IMG/VR virus record: IMGVR_UViG_3300045049_000234
Coordinates: 1 to 64,000 of that record
DNA length: 64,000 nucleotides
From: a virus
Reading direction: 5' to 3' (one strand)
Within the stretch, counting starts at the first letter, position 1. Each line of letters begins with the position of its first letter. Positions 1 through 8,244 of this stretch are shown here, piece after piece. Position numbers and translations under genes: made by a program. The notes beneath the pieces were generated by a model, which worked only from the letters and a program-made list of their open reading frames with translations, did not search any database and was not told the origin of the DNA.

Positions 1-27
1 CGCGGTCGGTGGCCGCCTCGGTGTCCA

Positions 28-306
28 TCACCGCATCCACTTCGGCTTGCGGTTGCGGAACCGCAGGTCGTCCCAGTCGATCAGGTCCAGCTCGTTCATC
101 CGCTCCAGTTCGTCCACCGTCAGGCGCGCGGCCTTGTTGATGGTCCAACTGTCGGCGTCGTACCCGCGCTTCTGCGCGGCGCACCACAGCGCGTTCGAGT
201 CGATCCGGTTCACGAACCCCTTGGCGCGGGCGCCGCGCACGAACACGCGGGCCTCGCGGGCGATGTTCTCAGCCATCGCCGTTTTGGTCATCGTCGCGGC
301 GGCCAT
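28..306 (-). CDS. hypothetical phage protein
   Basis: ORF with strong RBS (AAGGAGGACCCG-ATG) downstream of promoter 340-368. Confidence 0.75.
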   Translation of the reverse strand: MAAATMTKTAMAENIAREARVFVRGARAKGFVNRIDSNALWCAAQKRGYDADSWTINKAARLTVDELERMNELDLIDWDDLRFRNRKPKWMR

Positions 307-339
307 CGGGTCCTCCTTGGTCGTTTCCTCCTACCCCCT

Positions 340-368
340 ATGATGCACCACGCGGGTAGCATAGTCAA
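340..368 (-). promoter_or_regulatory. sigma70-type promoter, TTGAC-nnn-GCTA family
   Basis: TTGACT-atgcta...-17 nt-CATCAT on the minus strand. Confidence 0.7.
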
Positions 369-403
369 GGGGTTCCACCAGGCAATCTATGACGGAAAAG
401 GAA

Positions 404-434
404 CCACCCCCCGGCACGGGGGTCCGGGGGGTGG
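404..434 (-). terminator. probable intrinsic terminator
   Basis: ccaccccccgg/ccggggggtgg hairpin followed by TTCCTTTT on the minus strand, downstream of 463-804. Confidence 0.6.
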
Positions 435-462
435 CGGCTGCGTCGCGTGACGCGGTCGCAGC

Positions 463-804
463 CTAGCGCACGGCGAACGCCAGCGCGTCGCGCACCATCT
501 GCGCCATCGCGCTGCCGGTGATCTCGCCGTGCTCGCGCACGTAGTGTTCGATCCCGCCGAGCAGGTAGAACAGCGCCGTACTGTCCTGCGCGTAGCGCTG
601 CGTGTAGGGGATGACACGGCCGCCGTACGCGTCCACAAGGTCCTTGATCGCCGACGCGGCGACTTCCGCCTCTGCGTCGATCATCTCCGCCGCCTCGTCC
701 ACCGTCACGTTGTACTGCGCGGCCAACACCTGCGTGCGGGCGCGGCGGGCACGATCGGACGCCGTCTCGATGCCGGTGATCCTGGCCGCAGTGGGAAATG
801 CCAT
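463..804 (-). CDS. hypothetical phage protein
   Basis: ORF with AGGAGG RBS and its own promoter at 849-877. Confidence 0.75.
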   Translation of the reverse strand: MAFPTAARITGIETASDRARRARTQVLAAQYNVTVDEAAEMIDAEAEVAASAIKDLVDAYGGRVIPYTQRYAQDSTALFYLLGGIEHYVREHGEITGSAMAQMVRDALAFAVR

Positions 805-848
805 GGTGGGTCCTCCTGGTCCGCCGGGTTCCTCATCCCGGTGCGCCT

Positions 849-877
849 ACGGTACCGTTACGGGATAGCGTCGTCAA
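849..877 (-). promoter_or_regulatory. sigma70-type promoter, TTGAC-nnn-GCTA family
   Basis: TTGACG-acgcta...-17 nt-TACCGT. Confidence 0.75.
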
Positions 878-977
878 GGCACGTGCGGGACTAGAATGAC
901 CGCACCGGCTTCCCCGCCACCTAGCAACGCCAAGGACCCGCCCCACTCCATGCCACCGGGGGCGGGTCCTGCCGCGT

Positions 978-1628
978 CTAGCGCGACCCGCGCGCCGCGT
1001 TGCGCGCGGTCGTCAGCTCGTGCATCGCGACCACCAGCTCATCCATCTCACCGGCCGACACTTTGCAGCTCCACGGACGGCTGTCCTTGTCCGGCGCCAC
1101 GTCCGTCGGGTCCATGATCGAGTCGCGCATCTCGGTGAGGTAGTCGATCAGGTCCGTGACCGCGCGCATGGCGGTGTCCTCCGCCAGCCAACACGCGGTG
1201 GCCAACCGGGACGCCTTCTGCGGGTCCAGGTGCTCGATGCCGCTGTGCACCATCGCCCGTTCCAGCGCCTCCACGGACGCCAGGCCGTACGCCTCGCCCA
1301 CATCCTTGATGATGTGCCGCCTCACCGGGTGATCGCCGGTGAGCAGGTCCATCACCGCGTCGATGGCGTCCGGGTTGCCGTCCACGCGCCACTGCGTGAT
1401 CTGGCCCAGCTCCAGGCCGTCCGGCTTGCAGCACATGCCCACTTCGCAGTCGTAGATGCGCACCGCGCCGCGCCGCGTCTGGACGAACCACTGCGCCATG
1501 GTCACGTTGCGCTCGGACTCCGGGACCACCCCGCCGCCGAACACTGCGGCGATCTGCCGGTAAGTGGCCGTGAGCGTCGCGTACTGCCCACGCCCCGGAT
1601 GGTCGATCCGGATCTCAGATTCCTGCAT
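978..1628 (-). CDS. hypothetical phage protein
   Basis: ORF with GC3-biased codons; start placed at MQESEIR so it follows the upstream gene. Confidence 0.65.
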   Translation of the reverse strand: MQESEIRIDHPGRGQYATLTATYRQIAAVFGGGVVPESERNVTMAQWFVQTRRGAVRIYDCEVGMCCKPDGLELGQITQWRVDGNPDAIDAVMDLLTGDHPVRRHIIKDVGEAYGLASVEALERAMVHSGIEHLDPQKASRLATACWLAEDTAMRAVTDLIDYLTEMRDSIMDPTDVAPDKDSRPWSCKVSAGEMDELVVAMHELTTARNAARGSR

Positions 1629-1636
1629 GCCGCCCC

Positions 1637-1846
1637 CTAGTCGAGTCCGCATATCTTGCGGATCTCGTCGGTGTCCTCGATGCTGATCCACTTGTCGCCG
1701 AACTTCACGTACTTCAGGCCACTGCGAATCTGGTGGCCGTGTTCCTCCTCGGCTTGGATGATCGCGGCCATGAGCTGATCGGTCTTGCTCACCTTCTTGC
1801 CGGAGCCGTAAGGCTTGGAGTTGTACTTACCGAACAACAGTCCCAT
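1637..1846 (-). CDS. small hypothetical protein
   Basis: MGLLFGKY..., GGAGG RBS. Confidence 0.6.
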   Translation of the reverse strand: MGLLFGKYNSKPYGSGKKVSKTDQLMAAIIQAEEEHGHQIRSGLKYVKFGDKWISIEDTDEIRKICGLD

Positions 1847-1880
1847 CACGCCTCCATTGCCGTGCGCCGTGTGACGCAAG

Positions 1881-1953
1881 TGCCCCCGGCGCGATTCGAA
1901 CGCGCACTCGGCGGTTCCTAAGACCGTTGCCTCTGCCGTTGGGCTACGGGGGC
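1881..1953 (-). tRNA. trnL: tRNA-Leu(UAG), short variable loop, CCA not encoded
   Basis: GCCCCCG/CGGGGGC acceptor, D arm, anticodon loop CUUAGGA, T arm GCGCG-UUCGAAU-CGCGC, discriminator A. Confidence 0.9.
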
Positions 1954-1975
1954 GGGGCGCGAAGCCCCGGTGACG

Positions 1976-2311
1976 TTACTTGCCGCTGGTGACGATGTTC
2001 GGGTCTACGTACACGCCGTTGTGGCAGTTCGGGTCCGCCGGGACGACGAACATCGCGATCCGGTTGTCGTCGCCGTGGTAGCCGGTCCACACGGACTCCG
2101 CGCCGACGCACTTGACGGCGACGTTCGAGAAGCCGTCCGGCATCGCAATCGTGATCGCGGGCTTGGTGTCGGCGCCGTTGTTCCCGGAGTCGAGGTACGG
2201 CTGGTTGGCCTTCGACGTGGACGAGCATCCGGACGCGGTTGCCGCGACGATGCCGACCACCAGCACCAGACCGGCCGCCATGCCGCCGAGCGCCTGCGTC
2301 TTGCTGTTCAA
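1976..2311 (-). CDS. putative lipoprotein/secreted protein
   Basis: hydrophobic signal peptide ending in ASGC (lipobox-like), GGAGG RBS. Confidence 0.7.
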   Translation of the reverse strand: MNSKTQALGGMAAGLVLVVGIVAATASGCSSTSKANQPYLDSGNNGADTKPAITIAMPDGFSNVAVKCVGAESVWTGYHGDDNRIAMFVVPADPNCHNGVYVDPNIVTSGK

Positions 2312-2444
2312 CGTCCCTCCATTGATAGTCGGGTACTGCCCTCCGGGCGACTAACCCCATCGGGGCCGCGTCCGCCGCCCGTATGCACGCGCTAGTCTGG
2401 CGCGCGGTTCACGGGACGACTTGAGCCCGCCTCGCGGTACTCCG

Positions 2445-2520
2445 CGCGCTAGGCAGGATTCGAACCTGCACGGGGGGCTACCCCAGGGCTGCCAGCGTCT
2501 ACCAGTTCCGCCACTAGCGC
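2445..2520 (-). ncRNA. tRNA-like element (Leu-type D arm) lacking a normal anticodon arm
   Basis: perfect GCGCUAG/CUAGCGC acceptor, GCG-GAACUGGUAGA-CGC D arm, GCAGG-UUCGAAU-CCUGC T arm, but no 5-bp/7-nt anticodon arm. Confidence 0.7.
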
Positions 2521-2600
2521 GATGTTCGGTTGTGTCGGCGCTACTCCACCCCGCCGTCCTCCGGGTCCTAACCGGCGAACACGCCGACCGGGCGGTCTCG

Positions 2601-2673
2601 TAGCCCTACCGGGACTCGAACCCGGTCCTCCGCCTTGAAAGGGCGGTGACGCTATCCCATGGTCGATAGGGCT
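2601..2673 (-). tRNA. trnE: tRNA-Glu(UUC)
   Basis: AGCCCUA/UAGGGCU acceptor, CCGCC-CUUUCAA-GGCGG anticodon arm, CCGGG-UUCGAGU-CCCGG T arm. Confidence 0.9.
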
Positions 2674-2787
2674 GTGCGGCCTTTGTTCCGACTAACGGTC
2701 AGGCGGCCAACCTGCCTCAGCGCCTTCGGGCTGTCCGGACAGCCCTAGCGGTCGTTCGCCCCGGCGCTAGGGGGGACTGAGGTGCAG

Positions 2788-2860
2788 TAGCCCGCACGGG
2801 ATTTGAACCCGTAGTCTCCGCCTTGAGGGGGCGGCGAGATCGCCGTTACTCCAGCGGGCC
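2788..2860 (-). tRNA. trnE: tRNA-Glu(CUC) with C33
   Basis: GGCCCGC/GCGGGCU acceptor, CCGCC-CCCUCAA-GGCGG anticodon arm, ACGGG-UUCAAAU-CCCGU T arm. Confidence 0.85.
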
Positions 2861-2886
2861 AGGCGGGGCCGAAGCCCCAGGTAATG

Positions 2887-3129
2887 CTAGGCGGTCTGAT
2901 TGACCGCCGTGTTCCAGTCGGCGCCAAGCGCCTCGCGCAGGTACCGCTGTGCCTCGTGCACGTGGTCCATGCCGACTTCCGGCCATCCACCCGTGCCAGT
3001 CGATACGCCGTCGTGCTCGCCGACGCCGCGAGCGTATGCACATCGCTTGCCGTCGTCGAAATAGACGAACCCGAACGGGACATCTTCGGTGCCACGGTTG
3101 TCGTGATGGGTTGCGGTGATCGCGGTCAA
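2887..3129 (-). CDS. hypothetical protein
   Basis: ORF with AGGAGG RBS. Confidence 0.6.
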   Translation of the reverse strand: MTAITATHHDNRGTEDVPFGFVYFDDGKRCAYARGVGEHDGVSTGTGGWPEVGMDHVHEAQRYLREALGADWNTAVNQTA

Positions 3130-3175
3130 TGCGCCTCCTGTGTTCGCGGTTGGGTTAGTGGTGCGGTTGTGGCGA

Positions 3176-3463
3176 TTACTTGGCGCGCGCCGCCTCCCAC
3201 TGCGCGCGGTAGATGGCGCGGAACTTCGAGCTGAAGCAGTTGGCGCACAACCGGGACGGCCGGATGCCCGCCGCGATCAGTGACGCCATGGTCTCCTCAC
3301 GGCCGCCGTCACCGAGTTCGGCGATCTCGTCCGTGATGAACTCGATGTGCGAACCGAAGTGGCACGTCGTCTGCTGGATCTCCTTGCCCATCGCCAGGTG
3401 GACCTTGCCGCCGGTCACCGTGGTACCGATCGTTTCGCGGTAGTCGGTGGTCGTGGTGGTCAT
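3176..3463 (-). CDS. hypothetical protein, possible Zn-binding (H, C, CxxC)
   Basis: MTTTTTDY... with AGGAGG RBS; promoter 3498-3526. Confidence 0.7.
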   Translation of the reverse strand: MTTTTTDYRETIGTTVTGGKVHLAMGKEIQQTTCHFGSHIEFITDEIAELGDGGREETMASLIAAGIRPSRLCANCFSSKFRAIYRAQWEAARAK

Positions 3464-3497
3464 CGCGTCCTCCTGCGGTTGGGGTTCCGTGGTTCCC

Positions 3498-3526
3498 ACA
3501 TTACACGGTCCGGGTAGTAGCGTCAA
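3498..3526 (-). promoter_or_regulatory. sigma70-type promoter, family variant
   Basis: TTGACG-ctacta...-17 nt-TAATGT. Confidence 0.7.
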
Positions 3527-3554
3527 GGGATTTGAGCAGGCCATAAAACACGAA

Positions 3555-3574
3555 ACCCCGGCCGAAGCCGGGGC
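3555..3574 (-). terminator. probable intrinsic terminator
   Basis: ccccggc-cgaa-gccgggg hairpin (UUCG loop on minus) followed by TTTCGTGTTTT. Confidence 0.7.
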
Positions 3575-3635
3575 ATGTCGTGCGCGTCGCAGGTGATCTC
3601 TGGTCCTATTCGAGGATGGGTCGATTGAAATCGGT

Positions 3636-3995
3636 TCAGCCGCAAGCGCACTCTTCTTGGAACGCTCCGCAGTAGTCGCAGCGGCCCGTGCGCTCCGCAT
3701 AAGAGGGGCAGTCACACGGGACGTGGCTGCCGATGATGTAGCGGACACAGTCGGTCGAGTGGCGGGTGTCCTGATTGAGCAGCCGGGCCAGCTCGAAGCT
3801 GTCGCGCCCGGCCCAGATGGTGACCCGACGGCCGGAGAACCCGGCCGCGTCGCGGATGTCCAGCTCGATCGCCATCAGCCGGTCGAACATCCACTCGCGG
3901 CCCGCCACGCGACCGGTGTGGACGTTGCCCAGGTAGTCCGTCGCGTTCACGAGCGCGTCAACGGCGGGGGCGTTGTCGGTGGTGAGGATCTGCAT
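3636..3995 (-). CDS. hypothetical Cys-rich protein
   Basis: MQILTTD..., GAGGAGG RBS, C-terminal Cys cluster. Confidence 0.7.
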   Translation of the reverse strand: MQILTTDNAPAVDALVNATDYLGNVHTGRVAGREWMFDRLMAIELDIRDAAGFSGRRVTIWAGRDSFELARLLNQDTRHSTDCVRYIIGSHVPCDCPSYAERTGRCDYCGAFQEECACG

Positions 3996-4031
3996 TTCGG
4001 GTTCCTCCTCGTGTTCCTGGTTGGTAGTACC

Positions 4032-4060
4032 ACCGTACACCCGTGGGATAGCGGCGTCAA
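4032..4060 (-). promoter_or_regulatory. sigma70-type promoter, TTGAC-nnn-GCTA family
   Basis: TTGACG-ccgcta...-17 nt-TACGGT. Confidence 0.75.
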
Positions 4061-4680
4061 GTCCTATGACCTGGAGAAGTCACGAGGTGACCGGGGGCGC
4101 CCCCGATCCGGTAGAAGTTGCGCACCTCGTCCACGATCTCGTGTTCGCTGACCGGGGTGAAGTCGCGCACGTCCACGCCCACGTTGATCATCTTCTCGCG
4201 GGTCTTCCACTTGTCGTGCACGTGGCCGCACAGCAACGGCAGTCCGTCGTCCGCTGGGCGCCAGTCCGCATACCGGTCCTCGGCCTGCGAATCCCCGTGA
4301 TACGGCAGGTGCGCCATCCGCACCACGATGCCGCCCGGCAACCGGTGGACGTTCACGATCCCCGACGCCACCACACCGGCGAACCCCGCCTCACGGTACA
4401 GGTCCACCGCCTTCCGGTAGCGCCGGTGCCGCTGCCAGCACGCGTCGTGGTTCCCGGCGACCAACGTCTTGCGGCCGTTCAGCCGCCGCACCGGCCACAA
4501 CACCTTGGGCGTCAACGAGAAGTCACCCAGCACCCATACGTCATCCGTGGGCGCCACGACGGCGTTCCACCGCTCGATCATCGCGCCGTTCATCTCGTCC
4601 ACGTCCCGGAACGGACGATCGCAGAGTGCGATGATGTTGGCGTGGCCGAAATGGTTGTCCGCCGTGTACCACGTCGTCAC
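4057..4680 (-). CDS. calcineurin-like metallophosphoesterase
   Basis: motifs ADNHFGH, LGDFS, GNHD, HLPY, CGHVH, NVGVD; GTG start overlaps the upstream stop. Confidence 0.9.
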   Translation of the reverse strand: MTTWYTADNHFGHANIIALCDRPFRDVDEMNGAMIERWNAVVAPTDDVWVLGDFSLTPKVLWPVRRLNGRKTLVAGNHDACWQRHRRYRKAVDLYREAGFAGVVASGIVNVHRLPGGIVVRMAHLPYHGDSQAEDRYADWRPADDGLPLLCGHVHDKWKTREKMINVGVDVRDFTPVSEHEIVDEVRNFYRIGGAPGHLVTSPGHRT

Positions 4681-5162
4681 AGCGCCGCCGGTTGGCTGTA
4701 GTCGATCTGGTACGTCCGGTCGAAGTGATACCCCGGGTCGCCGGGGAACTTGAAGTCCTGCGTCGAGTACTGCGCCTGCCACATCGGCGGCATCTGCGGC
4801 AGCCCCAGGACGGTCTTGATCCACCCGAAATTGTCCAGGTGCGATGCGTCCACCGGGCGCAGCCGGGGCAGGCACGGCGGTTCGAACACGCCCTCCACCA
4901 GCAGGTTGTCGGACGGCTTCATATGCTCGTCCTGGACCTTGCGCGCCAGCGCGTTCAGCGCGTTGTGCATGTCCTCGATCGGCAGCCCGCTGATCGCGAA
5001 CTCGAAGCCGCACACCGGCGTCAGGCCGATGGTGTAGGCGAACTGCGGATCACCGCCGCCCGGGTTCGCGCCCACGGCCTGAATCATGTGGCCGTTCTTG
5101 GCGATCATCTCCCGGCAGTTGGCGGTGTACCACTCGCGCCAGTCCTCGGGCAGGTCGTTCAT
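4677..5162 (-). CDS. DUF4262-like protein
   Basis: IAKNGHMIQAV...PQFAYTIGL...EFAISGL and C-terminal FPGDPGY pattern. Confidence 0.75.
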   Translation of the reverse strand: MNDLPEDWREWYTANCREMIAKNGHMIQAVGANPGGGDPQFAYTIGLTPVCGFEFAISGLPIEDMHNALNALARKVQDEHMKPSDNLLVEGVFEPPCLPRLRPVDASHLDNFGWIKTVLGLPQMPPMWQAQYSTQDFKFPGDPGYHFDRTYQIDYSQPAAL

Positions 5163-5172
5163 GTCTCTCCTA

Positions 5173-5583
5173 TCAGGGTGCGGTCAGAGTGGATTCGCGC
5201 TCGGGTCCTGCGGCCATGATCAGATCGAGCACCGCCTGCGGCATGCCGTCGCGCGGCGGTACGCGCTTGATCCAGGCGTTCATCGGGCGCATCTTGCGCT
5301 TGCGGCAGCAGTACAACTCGGCCAACCACATGTCGCCGTACTTGTCCGCCGCCTTCAAGTCGTCCAGGCATTGACGCAGCATCGGCAGGTCTTCGTAGTC
5401 AACGCCTTCGCAGTCGGCGCATCCCCATGCGAACGTATCGCTGCAATCGATCGACAACAGCAGCTTGTCGCCGTCCACGACCCATATCAGCGGACACGAT
5501 TCCCGCATCAGTTCCGCCTCGCGCAGAATCCGGAACACCTCCGTCACGTGTTCCAGGTGCGTGACCTTCCCGAAAAGGTCCAC
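5173..5583 (-). CDS. hypothetical protein
   Basis: GTG start after GGAGAGGAA; CSDTFAWGCADCE motif. Confidence 0.65.
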   Translation of the reverse strand: MDLFGKVTHLEHVTEVFRILREAELMRESCPLIWVVDGDKLLLSIDCSDTFAWGCADCEGVDYEDLPMLRQCLDDLKAADKYGDMWLAELYCCRKRKMRPMNAWIKRVPPRDGMPQAVLDLIMAAGPERESTLTAP

Positions 5584-5872
5584 GTGCGTTCCTCTCCAAT
5601 ATCTGCCATGCCGGATACAGGTCCGGCATGGACCGTGCGGTGTCCCGCGCCATGCGGAACATGTCAGAGTCCGGCGGTGTGCGCGCGGCGTCCCACGCCC
5701 CGCCGCCCACGTACATCCCGGACACGAACGCCGCCACGGCCGTTTCCCGTACCAATACGGCAACCGCCCACGCGGGATTCTGCGCGAAGTCGGGTTCATC
5801 CAGGAACGACTCCACGTCCCGGACGAACGCGTTCCACGCCGCCGACTGCTCCGGGGTCATCGGACGCGCCAT
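5399..5872 (-). CDS. hypothetical protein (3' end overlaps next gene)
   Basis: ORF coupled to the upstream stop at 5872; N-terminal part has coding-like composition. Confidence 0.55.
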   Translation of the reverse strand: MARPMTPEQSAAWNAFVRDVESFLDEPDFAQNPAWAVAVLVRETAVAAFVSGMYVGGGAWDAARTPPDSDMFRMARDTARSMPDLYPAWQILERNARGPFREGHAPGTRDGGVPDSARGGTDAGIVSADMGRGRRQAAVVDRLQRYVRMGMRRLRRR

Positions 5873-6057
5873 CAGTCGTCACACCACCGGCGTTTGGGCC
5901 ACCGGCCACGGCACGCCCGCTTGTTCGAGCACTCCCAGAACTCCCCGGCGCGCATGACCACCTCGCCGCTGTACTCCACGTCCCGGTCCGGCCACGGCAC
6001 GAACTGGCGCGTCCCCACACGCCCGCACTGGTGGCAGCGCTTCACCTCATCCGCCAT
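5872..6057 (-). CDS. small Zn-ribbon-like protein
   Basis: CHQC...CSNKRAC. Confidence 0.6.
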   Translation of the reverse strand: MADEVKRCHQCGRVGTRQFVPWPDRDVEYSGEVVMRAGEFWECSNKRACRGRWPKRRWCDD

Positions 6058-6448
6058 GGCGCCCGCCGGTCGGGTGGTCGCGCCCCAGCAACCGATCTTC
6101 CACGGTCCATCCGTTCACGGTCAGCGTCGGCGCGATCTCCCGCGCCCGCCGGATCGCATCGTCCAGCGTGAACCGGTGCGTGGACAGCCAGTCGTCCTCG
6201 CGCTCGGTCGAACGCATCTCCCAGTCCCACTCGCCATCGGTGTTCAGGCACTGGCCGAATCCGTCCGTCACCGCCCACAGATCGCGGCCCCGGTACGCCA
6301 CCATGACCTTGAAGTGGCGGCGTTCTTCGGCGTCCGCCGGGAAGCAGGACACTTCGAACGTGACCACATCCACGAACGGCGGTTCGCCGTAGCCGTTGGC
6401 GGACGCGGCGGCCACGCCGTCAGGCAGGGACAGGCTGAGATGATCCAT
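6047..6448 (-). CDS. hypothetical protein
   Basis: MDHLSL..., RBS GGAGAGGAACCC. Confidence 0.7.
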   Translation of the reverse strand: MDHLSLSLPDGVAAASANGYGEPPFVDVVTFEVSCFPADAEERRHFKVMVAYRGRDLWAVTDGFGQCLNTDGEWDWEMRSTEREDDWLSTHRFTLDDAIRRAREIAPTLTVNGWTVEDRLLGRDHPTGGRHGG

Positions 6449-6923
6449 TGTCGGGTTCCTCTCCGATATACACACGGGCGGCCTTCACGATGGCCGTCCA
6501 CAGCAGGTTGCCGATCCCACCGGCGTTGACGACCAACGTGGCGCCGGGGTCCACGCCGTGACGGCTGATGAACGGGACCTCGCGGGCGCCGTTCAGGTCC
6601 ATCTGCGACGCGCACTCGTCCCACGCGTCCGCCACCGCGATGGCGATCAGCGGATGCATGGACGTGATGTACGCGTCGTCGGCGTCCGTCGGCCAGTACT
6701 CGGCGTACGGGGTTCCTTCCTTCGGGGCCTTCAGGATCTGCGCGCTCACCCGCACCGGCGGGAACCCCTCGGCAAGCGGCGGCAGGTAACCGGCCACGCC
6801 GTGCAGTCGGTAGCACTGGTCGTCCTGGTCGGACCACCACGGCCCGTCCGTGGCCGCCTTCGCGCGGGTGCGCATCATGTCGGCCGCCCGACGGACGATG
6901 AAAGCGACGTTCTCACTCACCAC
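6420..6923 (-). CDS. hypothetical protein, Ead/Ea22-like N-terminal pattern
   Basis: AKAATDGPW...DDAYITSMHP pattern. Confidence 0.65.
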   Translation of the reverse strand: MVSENVAFIVRRAADMMRTRAKAATDGPWWSDQDDQCYRLHGVAGYLPPLAEGFPPVRVSAQILKAPKEGTPYAEYWPTDADDAYITSMHPLIAIAVADAWDECASQMDLNGAREVPFISRHGVDPGATLVVNAGGIGNLLWTAIVKAARVYIGEEPDNGSSQPVPA

Positions 6924-7326
6924 GACACCCCACTAACACAGCGGTCTCCATGAACATGCACTTGCGGCACGACCACACCCGGTGGCAGGCCCTGTTCGCG
7001 TGATCGTGCACCTCGTATCGCTCGATCACGCCGCCGCAGCGCGGGCACGCCCGCAGATGCGGGTGGCACGTGAAGTTGCACCTGTCGCTGACGCCGCTGG
7101 CCACGCAGTCGCCGTTGCACCCGTGGCGGCAGTCGGACGGATCGTTGGCCGCGTCGTCCTGAACCACGGTGTCCGCGTACCGGCGCAGCGTGCGATCGTC
7201 CACGCGCCGCCGCCACCGGGACGCGTGCTCCTGCCGTCCCCACCACCCCATCCGCCGCCAGTACCGTCCCGGCATGCGGTCCCACCGGCGCGGCGGAACC
7301 GGGTCGTTGTCATTCTTCGCGGTCAT
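6913..7326 (-). CDS. hypothetical Cys/His-rich protein
   Basis: tiles between neighbours; multiple CxxC. Confidence 0.55.
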   Translation of the reverse strand: MTAKNDNDPVPPRRWDRMPGRYWRRMGWWGRQEHASRWRRRVDDRTLRRYADTVVQDDAANDPSDCRHGCNGDCVASGVSDRCNFTCHPHLRACPRCGGVIERYEVHDHANRACHRVWSCRKCMFMETAVLVGCRGE

Positions 7327-7867
7327 GGCCGCCCCCGTGCTTGGGGCAATACCACCCGCCGTTGCGCGGCGTCCATCCGTCGCGGGTCATCGCGGCCATG
7401 GCGTTGCTGGTGATCAGACGGCTGCCGTCCACCCACTCCAGGATCTGAATGCATACGTGGTCGGCGCACATCAGCCGGTGCTCGTACTTGATCGCGATGT
7501 GATGGTCCGGCGGGTCGGCAGACGGCGGATCGGCCATGGCGCGCTTGGGCATCAGGTCCGGATGGTCGGACCGCCGGTCGTCCTTGCGGATGTCGATCCA
7601 GACTTCGTACTCACCGGACTCGGCGTTGAACTGGTAGACGGTCATGGACTCGCGGAACGTGCCGTCGTTGCCGTACCCGCGACCACGGCCAAGGTAGTCC
7701 TTGTTGAACCGCAGGTAATGGCACACGGCGTTCTGCACCTGGCCGATGTGCCGGTGCGTCTTGAACTCCGGCCGCCGCGACCGGATCATCGTGGCGAACG
7801 GCGGCGTGACAGGCGCCTTCACCGCGCTACTCTTCGTCGTCATCGTCATCCCATGCGCTGCGGACAC
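7310..7867 (-). CDS. hypothetical protein
   Basis: tiled ORF with C-terminal GW...YCPKH motif. Confidence 0.65.
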   Translation of the reverse strand: MSAAHGMTMTTKSSAVKAPVTPPFATMIRSRRPEFKTHRHIGQVQNAVCHYLRFNKDYLGRGRGYGNDGTFRESMTVYQFNAESGEYEVWIDIRKDDRRSDHPDLMPKRAMADPPSADPPDHHIAIKYEHRLMCADHVCIQILEWVDGSRLITSNAMAAMTRDGWTPRNGGWYCPKHGGGHDREE

Positions 7868-8225
7868 CGGGGCGGGTGTCGATGATCCCGCCCGCGCGAG
7901 ACGTGGTCTTGGCGTCCGCGATCCACGGCGGGCGTCCCTGCTCGTTCAAGGCCTTCCGGGGGTTGTTCGGGTTCAGCCCGTGCGTGTACGACCACGGGCA
8001 TCCCTCGCCACGGCAGTAGTACTCGATGGCGCTGTCGCACGGCATGCAGGACATCCACTGCTGCGTCCCGTCGGCGCGCGTGCGCGGCCACGTATGACAC
8101 GTCAGGTCCCACACGATATCCGCGCCGCCGCACAGCGGGCACGTCACCGGGACGTCCGGCCACACCGGTTCGGGACGCGGCGCGGCGGCGGGACGCCTGC
8201 GCGCCCGGCGGAATGCGCCGCTCAT
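7827..8225 (-). CDS. hypothetical Zn-binding protein
   Basis: MSGAFRR..., CPLC, CMPC, CRGEGC; acidic tail. Confidence 0.6.
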   Translation of the reverse strand: MSGAFRRARRRPAAAPRPEPVWPDVPVTCPLCGGADIVWDLTCHTWPRTRADGTQQWMSCMPCDSAIEYYCRGEGCPWSYTHGLNPNNPRKALNEQGRPPWIADAKTTSRAGGIIDTRPGVRSAWDDDDDEE

Positions 8226-8244
8226 TTGCGTTCCATGGGATCGA

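Noticed and set aside
4057-4076. GTCA-N7-TGAC inverted repeat overlapping the -35 box (also near 46024-46038)
   Set aside because: Only two clear copies and one partial copy (near 54086) were seen, too few to call an operator separate from the promoter family.
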